Assembly (NCBI GenBank): GCA_036679645.1
Contig: JAZDCY010000016.1
Coordinates: 97,615 to 161,614 of the forward strand
DNA from: Gemmatimonadota bacterium
GTDB taxonomy: Bacteria; Gemmatimonadota; Gemmatimonadetes; Gemmatimonadales; GWC2-71-9
Direction: 5' to 3'
DNA length: 64,000 nucleotides
In this document: one piece after another, positions 1 through 9,427 of the stretch
Layout: each line of letters begins with the position of its first letter
Numbering within the stretch: the stretch's first letter is position 1
The notes under the pieces: generated by a model
What the model was told of the DNA's origin: nothing
The model's input: the letters and a program-made list of their open reading frames with translations, nothing else
The model's database searches: none
Position numbers and translations under genes: made by a program

Positions 1-266
1 TTCCAACGCCGGAAGGTCGGCAGCTTCAGCCGCCGCATGATCAGCCGATCCACGTGCTCGAGCATGAGGACCTCGGTGAGCACGAGCTGCCCTTCCGGAT
101 CCGTCTCGAGTTCCCGGACCGCGTCGTCTGCGAGCGCCAGCAGATCCTGGCGTGAAAGCTGGTCCTTATAGTCTTCGATCCGCTGGAGGATGAACTCCTC
201 GTACGCCTGCCGGAGCGAGAGCGGACGCGCGGCGCGCCTGTCAGCGGGTGCCGGTGAGGTCAGCAC
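1..266 (-). CDS. Hypothetical protein, 5' part only (runs off the window edge)
   Basis: Manual translation from GTG at 266: MLTSPAPADRRAARPLSLRQAYEEFILQRIEDYKDQLSRQDLLALADDAVRELE...; open to the window edge; start overlaps the CDF gene stop (GTGCTGA). Confidence 0.7.
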   Translation of the reverse strand, partial: MLTSPAPADRRAARPLSLRQAYEEFILQRIEDYKDQLSRQDLLALADDAVRELETDPEGQLVLTEVLMLEHVDRLIMRRLKLPTFRRW

Positions 267-1138
267 GGCTCGACGTGTACGACGATCTCCGTGAACTGCA
301 GCTCGGCGCGCAGCCGCAGCTCGACCGCGTCTGCGATCTGGTGCGCCGCCTCTACGCTAGCCTGCCCGTCGACCGCGATCGTGAGTTCCGCAAATAGCTG
401 TTCCGGCGAGCCACGGGACCGGATGTGATAGGCGCGCTCGACGCCGGGCACGCGTTCCGCGGCATGGCGGATGCGGGTCGTGGGCGCGACCTGCTTGTCC
501 ACGAGCACGGGGACCGACCGACGCACGATGCCGTAGGCGAGTGCGACGATCACGCCCGAGACGAGCAGTGCGACGATCGGGTCGGCGAAGCCGTAGCCCG
601 CGCGCGAAAAGAGCAAGCTGGCAAGGACACCGGCCGTGATCACGACATCGGCTTTCGTATGTGTGGCGTCGGCGAGCAGGAGGTCGCTACGGAGCTCTTT
701 CCCGCGGCGGGACTCGTATGCGGCGACGATGGCGTTTATCACGAGCGTTCCACCGAGTATGCCCACTTCCGTGTTCGTGACGTCCAGTGGCTGGGCGCCG
801 CCTACGAGGCGATGCACCGCGCCCCTCACGAGCTCGAATCCGCTGATCGAGAGAAAGACGACGATCGCCAATGCCCCGAGAGTCTCGAACTTCGCGTGCC
901 CGTACGGATGATCCTCGTCGGGTGCTTTCGATGCGACCGCGGTCAGCGCGAGCGCGAGCACGTTGTTCATCGCGTCAACCAAGGAATGCACTAGGTCGCC
1001 CAGAACGGCGAGCGATCCGGTAGTCGTGCCGATGACGAACTTGGCCCCCACGACGACGAGGTTGGCGACGAGGAGGCCGAGCAGAACCAGTTTGATCTGC
1101 GTCGTACGGTCGCGCGTGGTGGCGCGATCCTGAGGCAT
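260..1138 (-). CDS. Cation diffusion facilitator (CDF, FieF-like) transporter
   Basis: Motifs GSLAVLGDLVHSLVD, PDEDHPYGHAKFE, ADATHTKAD; several TM helices; C-terminal IVVHVEP. Confidence 0.93.
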   Translation of the reverse strand: MPQDRATTRDRTTQIKLVLLGLLVANLVVVGAKFVIGTTTGSLAVLGDLVHSLVDAMNNVLALALTAVASKAPDEDHPYGHAKFETLGALAIVVFLSISGFELVRGAVHRLVGGAQPLDVTNTEVGILGGTLVINAIVAAYESRRGKELRSDLLLADATHTKADVVITAGVLASLLFSRAGYGFADPIVALLVSGVIVALAYGIVRRSVPVLVDKQVAPTTRIRHAAERVPGVERAYHIRSRGSPEQLFAELTIAVDGQASVEAAHQIADAVELRLRAELQFTEIVVHVEPC

Positions 1139-1168
1139 GGCCCAATGCTCACTTGGCTGGTGGGATTG

Positions 1169-2341
1169 TCAACCGGAATCTCCGACTACACGGAGCAACA
1201 CCGCCTTGAGGTATCCGGTCTCCGGCACCGTGAGCGTTTCCGGGTGATCCGCCGGCTGGCCGCAGGTTTGTTCCAGGACCACTCGCCGGCCCGCGTCGGC
1301 GGCGGCGTCGCGCAGCATGGCGAGAAAGCGATCGCGCCCCACGTGATAGGAACAAGACGCCGTGAAGAGGTGCCCGCCGGGTGACAGCAGTCGCAACGCG
1401 CGCCGATTGATCTCCCGGTACCCGCGCAGCGCACCGGGAACGCTGGCCTTGTCGCGGGCGAATGCGGGCGGGTCGAGTACCACGGTGTCAAAGCGTTCGC
1501 CGGCGTCGTTCCACTCACGCAGGAGGTCAAAAACGTTTCCTTCGCGCCATCGCACGTTGTCGATGCCGTTCCACACGGCGTTACCTTCCGCGCGATCCAG
1601 GGCGGCGCGACTCTGATCGACGCCGAGCACGTCGGTGGTGGCGGCGGCCATATGGAGCGCAAAGAGACCGTCATGGCAGAACAGGTCTAGGGCCCGGCCG
1701 TGCGCGACAGCGCCAACCAGCGCTCGGTTTTGTCGCTGATCGAGAAACGCCCCGGTCTTCTGTCCGGTAACCGGTGCCGCCCGGTAACGAATGTTGCCTT
1801 CATGGACTGGGATACTATCGGGGACCTCGCCGCGTGCCTGCTCGACGGCAAGCGGCAGCCCTTCATGGCGGCGTACCGAGGCGTCGTTGCGCAGGAGGAT
1901 GCCCCGTGGTTGGAGCTGCTGTTCGACCGCATCGAGCACATCGTCGCGTGCTGTCTCGAGGCCGGCCGACAGGAGCTGGACGACCGCGTACTCGCCGTAC
2001 CGATCCACAATGAGGGAGGGCAGGGCGTCGGCCTCACCAAAGGCGACGCGGTACGCACTCGTCGGGGGGTCCAGCGCCGCGCGACGCCGGTGTGCGGCCT
2101 CGAGCCGCGCTGCCCACCACGCCGGATCGATGGCGGTGTCATCGGTCGTGAGCAGACGGAGCCGGATCTCCGAGCGCGGGCTCCACAACGCCCGACCGAT
2201 GAACCGCGAGCGCTGATCGGTGACCCGCACGATCCCCGCCTGCGCCGTTCCGGATACGACGTCGGAGCGGTAGATCCACGGATGTCCGCGCCGCCATCGC
2301 TGTGCTCCGCGTGGCGAGACAACGACCGCGTGCTCGCTCAC
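1169..2341 (-). CDS. Class I SAM-dependent rRNA methyltransferase (RlmI/YccW family)
   Basis: PUA-like N-terminus GHPWIY; GQKTGAFLDQRQNR; LDLFCHDG; FDTVVLDPPAF; TASCS; ETGYLK. Confidence 0.9.
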   Translation of the reverse strand: MSEHAVVVSPRGAQRWRRGHPWIYRSDVVSGTAQAGIVRVTDQRSRFIGRALWSPRSEIRLRLLTTDDTAIDPAWWAARLEAAHRRRAALDPPTSAYRVAFGEADALPSLIVDRYGEYAVVQLLSAGLETARDDVLDAVEQQLQPRGILLRNDASVRRHEGLPLAVEQARGEVPDSIPVHEGNIRYRAAPVTGQKTGAFLDQRQNRALVGAVAHGRALDLFCHDGLFALHMAAATTDVLGVDQSRAALDRAEGNAVWNGIDNVRWREGNVFDLLREWNDAGERFDTVVLDPPAFARDKASVPGALRGYREINRRALRLLSPGGHLFTASCSYHVGRDRFLAMLRDAAADAGRRVVLEQTCGQPADHPETLTVPETGYLKAVLLRVVGDSG

Positions 2342-2694
2342 CGGTCAGGACGCAACGTGGCCGCCTCGTGCAAGTAGATATGTTTGATATCGGCGGCAGG
2401 CCGGTCGGTTTCGACATGGAGTAGCACGCGAATACAGCGCGGCAGCCCGGTGGCGAGATCCATCTCTGTGGCACCGAGCAGCGCTACATCGGTCCACCCG
2501 ATCGCGCGGGCGGCGCGCGCGGGATACTCGCTCCGCAGGTCGGGCGTCGTGGTGAAGATGGCACTGATGACGTCACCCGCTGTGAGCGCGTTCGCGTGCA
2601 CGAGGGCCTCGAGCAGCTCGCGCGTCGCAGCGAGGATCTGGTCCGACGTGTCGTGGTTCGCGACAGTCGCGCCGCGGATGCCGCGCACGGCCAT
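2338..2694 (-). CDS. aroH: Chorismate mutase, AroH type
   Basis: MAVRGIRGAT, SAIFTTTPDL, YPARAAR, GLPRCIRVLLH, HIYLHEAATLRPDR; start set at ATG 2694 with SD-like GAGGT 7 nt upstream. Confidence 0.93.
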   Translation of the reverse strand: MAVRGIRGATVANHDTSDQILAATRELLEALVHANALTAGDVISAIFTTTPDLRSEYPARAARAIGWTDVALLGATEMDLATGLPRCIRVLLHVETDRPAADIKHIYLHEAATLRPDR

Positions 2695-2706
2695 AGGAGT
2701 TACCTC

Positions 2707-3342
2707 ATGTCCATCGACGTTCGTCTCATCGCAATCTGGGATCCGTCGGTGCTGGGCACGCGGGCGATAGCATCCGTGCAGGCGGTAGAGGCCGGCGGAG
2801 CCACAGCGCTCCAGGTGCGCATGAAGAATAGCGGGGCGGGCGAGCTCCTGCGCTGGACCGAACAGCTCATGAGAGCCGTCACGCTCCCAGTATTCGTCAA
2901 CGATCGCGTGGATGTCGCCTGGGTGGCCGGCGCGGCCGGTGTCCACTTGGGCGCCGCCGACCTATGCGCCAATCGCGTGCGCGGCGTGTCGCCCCGGACG
3001 CTCCACATCGGTGTGTCCGTCGGGACCGGCGCGGAAGCGGCGCGAGCCCTGAAAGGGGAGCCGGACTACTGGAGTCTCGGTCCCGTGTTTGCGACCGGCA
3101 CGAAGGCCGATGCCGGACCGGCCATCGGCATCGACGGGTTCCGCTCGCTGGCCGAGCTGGCCCCCGCACACGTGCCGGTCGTTGCCATCGGGGGTATCAC
3201 GGCCCAGTGTGCTCGTGCCGTGTGTGAAGCCGGGGCAAGTGGAGTGGCCGTGGTCAACGCGATCTTCGGCGCCCCGAACCCCGAGCGGGCAACGCGGGAG
3301 CTGCGAGCCGCCGTCGATGAGGGTGTTGCCGGCTCGCGGTGA
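2707..3342 (+). CDS. thiE: Thiamine-phosphate synthase
   Basis: QVRMK, FVNDRVDVA, GVHLG, GPVFATGTK, VVAIGGIT, GVAVV; ATG 2707 with AGGAG 7 nt upstream. Confidence 0.9.
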   Translation: MSIDVRLIAIWDPSVLGTRAIASVQAVEAGGATALQVRMKNSGAGELLRWTEQLMRAVTLPVFVNDRVDVAWVAGAAGVHLGAADLCANRVRGVSPRTLHIGVSVGTGAEAARALKGEPDYWSLGPVFATGTKADAGPAIGIDGFRSLAELAPAHVPVVAIGGITAQCARAVCEAGASGVAVVNAIFGAPNPERATRELRAAVDEGVAGSR

Positions 3343-3370
3343 CCGTTAGGCGGCGCAGTTCCCCCGCAGT

Positions 3371-4333
3371 CTATCTGCCGTTCCGAATGCGCGCTATGGC
3401 CCGATTGTGTTCCCTCAAGGTTCGGGAGAAGACGTGGTAGCCGTCTGCTTGAGCAACAAAATAGAAGAAATCAGTCGCAGCAGGATACAGCGCCGCCTCG
3501 ATACTTGCGGTCGACGGCTGGCCTATCGGTCCGGGCGGAAGCCCATCGATCTGATACGTGTTGTACGGCGAGCGGATCAGGTAGTCCCGCTCGAATAGCC
3601 GGCGGCGTCTGCCCAAGGCATATATGACCGTCGGGTCCGCCTGGAGCCGCCATCCCGCCCGCAGGCGATTGTGATAGACCGACGAGACGTAGTGGCGGTC
3701 GCGGTCGTGGCGCACCTCTCCCTCGATGATCGAGGCGAGAATGACGATCTTCCGGCGGGAATATCCCAGGGTGTCGAGCCGCGTATCCCACTGCGGCTGC
3801 CACTCCGTTTCGAACTCCGCCAGCAGCAGCTCGATTACGTCGAGGGCGGTCGCGCCGATCGGAACGTGGTAGGTGCTCGGATAGAGGTATCCCTCCAGTG
3901 TCTCCGCACTCGCTCCCACGCGCTGAATGAGCGCGCTGTCGCGTGCGGCATCGAGTACGTTTTCGGCGGGGATGCCGAGTTGCTGCTCCACCGCCGCGGC
4001 GACCTCCGGCAGCATGAGACCCTCGGGCAAGATCAGTCGTTCGTACGCGCCGGAGCCGCCCGACGTGAGCACACGGAGCAGTGCGGGCATCCGGTCGCCG
4101 CGGCGCACGTCGAATACGCCGGCGTGAATGGTCCGTTCGCGGCCGGTCATGATGGCGTAGTAGCGAAAACGCCTGGTAGACGCGATGAGGGCATGTGCCC
4201 GCAACGAGTCCGCAACGGCACGCAATGTTGCACCGCTGGGAATGACGAGGCGCACGGTCCCCGTATCTGCGTTCGTCTGCGGCCTCGGAGTACATCCGGT
4301 GAGCCCCAGGAGCAGCAGGAGCCGTCGCTTCAT
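3371..4333 (-). CDS. mltG: Endolytic transglycosylase MltG
   Basis: N-terminal membrane anchor; LEGYLYPSTY, LASIIEGE, NRLRAGWRLQADPT, SPYNTY, GLPPGPI. Confidence 0.93.
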   Translation of the reverse strand: MKRRLLLLLGLTGCTPRPQTNADTGTVRLVIPSGATLRAVADSLRAHALIASTRRFRYYAIMTGRERTIHAGVFDVRRGDRMPALLRVLTSGGSGAYERLILPEGLMLPEVAAAVEQQLGIPAENVLDAARDSALIQRVGASAETLEGYLYPSTYHVPIGATALDVIELLLAEFETEWQPQWDTRLDTLGYSRRKIVILASIIEGEVRHDRDRHYVSSVYHNRLRAGWRLQADPTVIYALGRRRRLFERDYLIRSPYNTYQIDGLPPGPIGQPSTASIEAALYPAATDFFYFVAQADGYHVFSRTLREHNRAIARIRNGR

Positions 4334-4755
4334 CGTGGAGCGCTGTCGAGATGGAGCTGAAGCAGGACCGTTGCGGCCAGACGGTCCACGTCACCGCGCC
4401 GCCTCCGTGATCTGCCGCCCAAGTCCTTCACGGCTTGGAGTGCCCTTGCGGTGCTCATCCGTTCGTCGACGAATGTTACAGGTAGGCCGCTCTTCTCCGC
4501 GATCAGCGCACCCGCGGCCCGCGCCGCCTGCGCCGATGCTCCTTCCGCCCCATCGCTCTCGAGCGGCAGGCCCACCACGATACCGACGGGCGCATGTTCA
4601 TCGAGATAGGCGCGGAGACGCTGCATGGGAAAGCGTTGGCCGGTGCGGCGGGTGAGCGTGCCGAGCGGGTGCGCCACGCGCTGCCCGGGGTCGGACAGGG
4701 CCAGGCCAATGCGTTTCTCGCCCCAGTCTACCCCCAGCAACCGCCCTTCCTTCAT
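4330..4755 (-). CDS. ruvX: Holliday junction resolvase-like protein RuvX/YqgF
   Basis: [39 protein letters not shown]. Confidence 0.93.
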   Translation of the reverse strand: MKEGRLLGVDWGEKRIGLALSDPGQRVAHPLGTLTRRTGQRFPMQRLRAYLDEHAPVGIVVGLPLESDGAEGASAQAARAAGALIAEKSGLPVTFVDERMSTARALQAVKDLGGRSRRRRGDVDRLAATVLLQLHLDSAPR

Positions 4756-6002
4756 CCCTGCTGCATCGTCGCGAAGAATTCCCTGTTGTTCTTGGTGCGT
4801 TTCATTCGCTCGAGAAGGAACTCGATCGCTTCAACGACCGGCATGTCGGCCAGGAAGTTGCGCAGCAGATAGACCTTGTTGAGCTCGTCGGCATCGAGCA
4901 GGAGTTCTTCTTTCCGAGTCGAGGTTCGCTGGACGTCGATGGCCGGATACACGCGGCGGTCGGCGATACCACGGTGCAGCACCAACTCCATGTTGCCGGT
5001 GCCCTTGAACTCCTCGAAGATCACCTCGTCCATCCGGCTCCCGGTCTCGATGAGGGCCGTGGCGATGATCGTGAGCGATCCGCCGCCCTCGATGTTGCGG
5101 GCCGCACCGAAGAACCGTTTGGGTTTTTGCAGCGCGTTGGCGTCAACACCACCGGAGAGGATCTTCCCAGAGTGCGGGATGACGACGTTGTGTGCCCGCG
5201 CCAGTCGAGTGATCGAGTCGAGCAGGATAACCACGTCCTTCCCGTGCTCGACCAACCGTTTGGCCTTCTCGATCACCATATCAGCCACTTGGACGTGACG
5301 ATCCGCCGGCTCATCGAAAGTGGATGAGATCACTTCCGCCTGGACGTTCTCCTCCATGTCGGTCACTTCTTCGGGCCGCTCATCGATCAGGAGGACGATG
5401 AGCGTGATGTCCGGACGGTTCTCCGTGATGGAGTTGGCCAGCTTTTGCAGAAGGATAGTTTTTCCGGCCTTTGGCGGAGCGACGATGAGGCCGCGTTGGC
5501 CACATCCGATGGGCGAGAGGATATCCACGACGCGCATCGAGATATCGGCGTCCTGGCTCTCGAGGGGTATCCGGTTGTCGGGATACCGCGGCCGGAGGTT
5601 GTCGAACCCGATACGATGTTTCGCCTTTTCCGGGTCGTCGAAATTGACCTTCTCGACCTTGAGCAGCGCGAGGTACCGCTCGCCCTCTTTGGGTGGCCGT
5701 ACCTGTCCGAGCACCGTGTCGCCAGTCATGAGATCGAACCGCTTGATCTGACTCGGGCTGACATAGATGTCGTCGGGGCCGTAGAGGTAGTTCCAATCTT
5801 GGCTGCGCAAGAATCCGTACCCTTCGGACAGGATTTCGAGCACGCCTTCGCCGTGCAGGACCGTGTCCGAATCGAGCAGTTGTTGCTCGATGCGGAAGAT
5901 CAAGTCCTGCTTGCGCATGCCTGAGTAGTTGGTGATGTTCAACTGTTCGGCCATGTCGTGCAGTTCGGCGACTGATTTTCTTTTTAGTTCAGCGATATCC
6001 AC
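4752..6002 (-). CDS. rho: Transcription termination factor Rho
   Basis: [48 protein letters not shown]; 416 aa, no large N-terminal insertion. Confidence 0.98.
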   Translation of the reverse strand: MDIAELKRKSVAELHDMAEQLNITNYSGMRKQDLIFRIEQQLLDSDTVLHGEGVLEILSEGYGFLRSQDWNYLYGPDDIYVSPSQIKRFDLMTGDTVLGQVRPPKEGERYLALLKVEKVNFDDPEKAKHRIGFDNLRPRYPDNRIPLESQDADISMRVVDILSPIGCGQRGLIVAPPKAGKTILLQKLANSITENRPDITLIVLLIDERPEEVTDMEENVQAEVISSTFDEPADRHVQVADMVIEKAKRLVEHGKDVVILLDSITRLARAHNVVIPHSGKILSGGVDANALQKPKRFFGAARNIEGGGSLTIIATALIETGSRMDEVIFEEFKGTGNMELVLHRGIADRRVYPAIDVQRTSTRKEELLLDADELNKVYLLRNFLADMPVVEAIEFLLERMKRTKNNREFFATMQQG

Positions 6003-6121
6003 GGTGGTGGGGCTCCGTCGGTGTGTTGGGCAATGTGGAATTCACATCACGGCAAGACGCCCTCGAGAAGGGCAATAGTCCTGGGAGTGGCTCTGGGAAT
6101 CGAGGGAAGTGAAAGCGCCTG

Positions 6122-6150
6122 AAAATAGGATTCGGCCCCAAGGGCGTCAA
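6122..6150 (-). promoter_or_regulatory. Putative sigma70 promoter of rho
   Basis: Minus strand TTGACG-17 nt-TATTTT, about 120 nt upstream of the rho start. Confidence 0.5.
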
Positions 6151-6158
6151 GAGGCTCA

Positions 6159-7286
6159 GTGAGTACCCTTTCAGAATTCCTGCTGTACTGGCGGACCACG
6201 GTCTCGCGCGGTCGCGAGATTGTCGAGGCGGTCGTGCATCCCGACCACGCCGGTCCCTCTCCCTCGCTCCAGGCGGCGCTCGATGCGTGGCCCGGGTTGT
6301 ACTACTGGGGATCTAGACCCGAAGCCAATCGCCTCGTCCTGATCCGGGTCACCGAGACGGCGCGCCGTGAGCGTTGGTGGCTCCACGGGATTCTCTTCGT
6401 CGGAACCTTCCTTACGGTCTGGATGGGAGGGGCCCTGCTGCTCGGCGTGTCCACGAGGACGCTCGCGCTGCCGGGACCAATCGACGGCCTTGCGGAATGG
6501 GTGCACATGCGGGCCGGTGCGGTGCCGTTTGCCATGGCGCTCATGGGCATTCTGCTGACGCACGAGCTGGGGCATTACTTCGCTGCGAAGCGATACAGCA
6601 TAGACGTATCGCCGCCGTTCTTCCTGCCCGCGCCCATCGAGTTCACATTCATCGGCACGTTCGGCGCCTTCATTAGACTGCGCAGTCCCATCGTGGATCG
6701 CCGCCAACTCATGGACATTGGTGCGGCGGGTCCGTGGGCCGGGTTCGCCGTAGCGTTGCTGATGCTCGTTGTGGGGCTGACCCGCTCCGGCGTAGCGCCG
6801 CCCGGTGCGTATCCGGCACCGATGGTAGTGCAGACGGCCAACGGGGTTCTCTTCCTTGGCGACTCGCTGCTCACGCTCGGCCTGCGTAATCTGCTCGTGG
6901 GCGATGGTACGGTGGTGCTGCACCAACTCGCGGTGGCTGGGTGGGCGGGTGTTCTCGTCACCGCCCTCAACCTGCTTCCACTCGGACAGCTCGATGGCGG
7001 GCACATCGTCTACGCCCTACTGGGCGACCGCCAGCGGGCACTGGGTCTCGTCATCTGGCTAGGGTTGGTGGCGGTAGGCGCGTTTTTCTTCTGGCCGTGG
7101 CTGGTCTGGGCGGGGTTGATCCTGGTGCTGGGCGGAGGCCGCCTGGCTCACCCCCACGTCCTGGAGCGGCATCGGCCACTGCCGGCCAACCGCTGGCCGG
7201 TGGGGTGGTTCTCGGTGCTGCTTTTCCTGCTCACATTTGCGCCGGTGCCTATCCTTAATAGTACGGTCGGTGGGATCATCGGATGA
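6159..7286 (+). CDS. Site-2 protease family (M50) intramembrane metalloprotease
   Basis: HELGH zinc motif; GTFGAFIR; AAGPWAG; NLLPLGQLDGGH; multiple TM segments. Confidence 0.92.
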   Translation: MSTLSEFLLYWRTTVSRGREIVEAVVHPDHAGPSPSLQAALDAWPGLYYWGSRPEANRLVLIRVTETARRERWWLHGILFVGTFLTVWMGGALLLGVSTRTLALPGPIDGLAEWVHMRAGAVPFAMALMGILLTHELGHYFAAKRYSIDVSPPFFLPAPIEFTFIGTFGAFIRLRSPIVDRRQLMDIGAAGPWAGFAVALLMLVVGLTRSGVAPPGAYPAPMVVQTANGVLFLGDSLLTLGLRNLLVGDGTVVLHQLAVAGWAGVLVTALNLLPLGQLDGGHIVYALLGDRQRALGLVIWLGLVAVGAFFFWPWLVWAGLILVLGGGRLAHPHVLERHRPLPANRWPVGWFSVLLFLLTFAPVPILNSTVGGIIG

Positions 7287-7292
7287 TCTGGA

Positions 7293-7394
7293 GTGCGGGG
7301 TGAGCAGTGAGCCGTGCGCGGTGCGGGGATCGTCGCGATTCCCGGGTGGCCGACTGCGCAGGCCAGCCCCGCTAACCGCCCACCGCGCACCGCT
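7293..7394. repeat. Inverted heptamer-repeat hairpin (GTGMGCG-like units)
   Basis: Left arm gtgcggg/gtgagca/gtgagcc/gtgcgcg/gtgcggg; right arm cgctaac/cgcccac/cgcgcac is the approximate reverse complement. Confidence 0.6.
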
Positions 7395-7454
7395 TTCCTA
7401 ATTGCGTAAGTGACCATACCCATTATATTTGCGCAAACTACGCGGAGAACGTGG

Positions 7455-7742
7455 ATGCCCGTACCGTCGGTCCGATACGGTCAGACCGATCCCGTCGAAC
7501 CTGTCGTTCATGAACTCCCTCCGATCCGCTACGGCGGGGAGGAAGTCCCTATCCGTCTCTTCGTGCGCCGCGCGGAGGACGGTTCGTGGCGTGGGAGGCT
7601 GATGTTTGGAACTGGGGACGTCGAGGGGGCACCATCGACGGCCGAGATCTTTTGCGGACCCAGTGAGGCCGATCTCTGGGAAGCCGTCCGCGACCTCCGT
7701 GAGCATCACCTCCGTGACCTCTACCGCTCCCTGGCGGAATGA
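7455..7742 (+). CDS. Hypothetical protein (about 95 aa)
   Basis: ORF with SD-like GGAGA upstream; stop overlaps the next start (ATGA); no recognised family. Confidence 0.7.
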   Translation: MPVPSVRYGQTDPVEPVVHELPPIRYGGEEVPIRLFVRRAEDGSWRGRLMFGTGDVEGAPSTAEIFCGPSEADLWEAVRDLREHHLRDLYRSLAE

Positions 7743-7930
7743 CCGAAGACACCGAAGATCGCATCCGGAAGTTGCGGCATGATCTCTCGAACCCACTGGC
7801 CGCGATCCTGGCCGAGGCGCAGCTCCAGCTGCTCAATACCGAGACACTGCCGGACGACGTGGTGAGTTCGTTCCGCGCAATCGAGGAACTGTCGCGCCGC
7901 ATGCGCGACATGCTCCAGGCCGCCGTCTAG
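7739..7930 (+). CDS. Stand-alone HisKA (DHp) domain protein, 63 aa
   Basis: H-box LRHDLSNPLAAILAEAQL followed by a second helix (IEELSRRMRDML); no HATPase domain; coupled to the upstream ORF. Confidence 0.8.
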   Translation: MTEDTEDRIRKLRHDLSNPLAAILAEAQLQLLNTETLPDDVVSSFRAIEELSRRMRDMLQAAV

Positions 7931-8119
7931 CGCGACTGTCGCAAGAGCCCAACAGTCTGGGGTGTGGACGCGTGGTTTGGGGATGCCCTGGGTGCCCAAC
8001 TTTGTGGGGTGCAGGGGGCATGTTTTCTGCGTCTTGACGGGGTACGGACGCCGCGACAAGTTCATCGCTCCCGTAGGGCGACGCGTCGTGCGTCACGCCC
8101 GTCTTGGTCGGAGCTATCT

Positions 8120-9427
8120 ATGCCTCACTTCAGTCGCCTCACATTGCTCGCTGCCGCTGGTGTCTTGGTGGCGTGCGGCGGCGTGCCCGCCGCGGTATCG
8201 CCTGCCGAGATTCCTGAGCTGGCCAGCCGGGTTGCGGAGGACCCCGACAACGGGGACCTCGTGCTGCGCTACTCCGCCGCGCTGTTCGCGGCCAACCGCT
8301 GTGACACGGCGGTCACCGTGGCCCGCAGCGGCATGGCGCTCTCGCCCGCGAACGCGGTGGGGCCGCTGGTCGTCGGCCAGTGCCAGGAGCGCCAGGGCAA
8401 CGTACAGGAAGCCCTCGCTACCTACCGCGCATTCACGGCGAGTCAGCCGGAGGACGCACGCGGCGTGGCGGCGGTGCGAGCGCGTGAGGGCCTAGCGGCC
8501 CGGACCGCATACACGGCGCAGGCGCGCCGCGCGGTTCAGCAGGAGGCTCAGCTTTCTGCGGCCACCGCCGATCCGACAACGGTGGCGGTCCTCCCGCTGC
8601 AGATCAGCGGCGACTCCAGTTACCAGCCGCTCTCACGCGGACTAGCGCAAATCCTGACCTCTGACCTGGCACTGCTCGAGCGGTTCCGCATGGTGGAGCG
8701 GCTGCAACTTGGCGCACTGCTCGACGAGATCCAGTTCCAGCAGGGCGCCCGTGTCGATCCATCGACCACGGCACGCGTGGGTCGCCTGATGCAGGCCGGC
8801 CGCTTGGTGCAGGGACTCGCGGCGATTCCGGACGAAAACAATGTCCGGCTGGAGGCGACCGTCGTTCTCGCGACTGGCGAGGTCACGAGCCCCGGGTCCG
8901 TCCAAGGGCGCTTGCGTGATCTCATGCGCATGGAGAAGGAAATCGTCGTCAGCATCGCCTCACAACTGGGCTACACGTTGTCGGAAGCCGAGCGTCGAAT
9001 TATCCTCGAGAACGGGACGCAGAACCTCGTGGCGTTTCTCGCATATTCGAATGGACTGGTCGCGGAGGACGCGGGGGACTATCGGGCGGCAGCGGGCTTC
9101 TATGCTGAGGCGGTGCGACGGGATCCCGGATTCCAGGCCGCTCGCTCGGGGCATAGCTCCGCGTCGGCGACGGAAGCGGTCCAGAGCGCTTCCGCGGGAG
9201 AGGTGACGTCCGTCGCCAGTTTCGAGGCGCCCACCGGCGAGTTGATCGACCCGGTGGCTGGCGCGGTCGACGCGACGGTGGTCGATCTCGTCCCGACGCT
9301 GGTCGAGCAGAACACGATCCAGCAAACGGGCCAGGGTGGGTCCACGACGTCGGGAGGCGGGGACGATCCTCCCCCCCCGCCGCAGAACCCCATCGGTATC
9401 ATCCGTATCGTGTTCAAACTCCCATGA
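8120..9427 (+). CDS. Lipoprotein with TPR and CsgG/HfaB-like domain
   Basis: Lipobox LVAC; TPR-like helices; TVAVLP...FRMVERLQLGALLDEI...ARVGRLMQA pattern typical of CsgG/FlgO-like domains. Confidence 0.75.
   Translation: MPHFSRLTLLAAAGVLVACGGVPAAVSPAEIPELASRVAEDPDNGDLVLRYSAALFAANRCDTAVTVARSGMALSPANAVGPLVVGQCQERQGNVQEALATYRAFTASQPEDARGVAAVRAREGLAARTAYTAQARRAVQQEAQLSAATADPTTVAVLPLQISGDSSYQPLSRGLAQILTSDLALLERFRMVERLQLGALLDEIQFQQGARVDPSTTARVGRLMQAGRLVQGLAAIPDENNVRLEATVVLATGEVTSPGSVQGRLRDLMRMEKEIVVSIASQLGYTLSEAERRIILENGTQNLVAFLAYSNGLVAEDAGDYRAAAGFYAEAVRRDPGFQAARSGHSSASATEAVQSASAGEVTSVASFEAPTGELIDPVAGAVDATVVDLVPTLVEQNTIQQTGQGGSTTSGGGDDPPPPPQNPIGIIRIVFKLP

Noticed and set aside
2600..2720. TPP riboswitch upstream of thiE
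   Set aside because: The upstream sequence is aroH coding DNA and lacks the CTGAGA/ACCTGA core.
2338..2946. Long N-terminal extensions of aroH (to 2946) and thiE (from 2596) in the ORF track
   Set aside because: Family motifs begin at ATG 2694 and ATG 2707, each with an SD; the extensions are antisense to the neighbouring gene.
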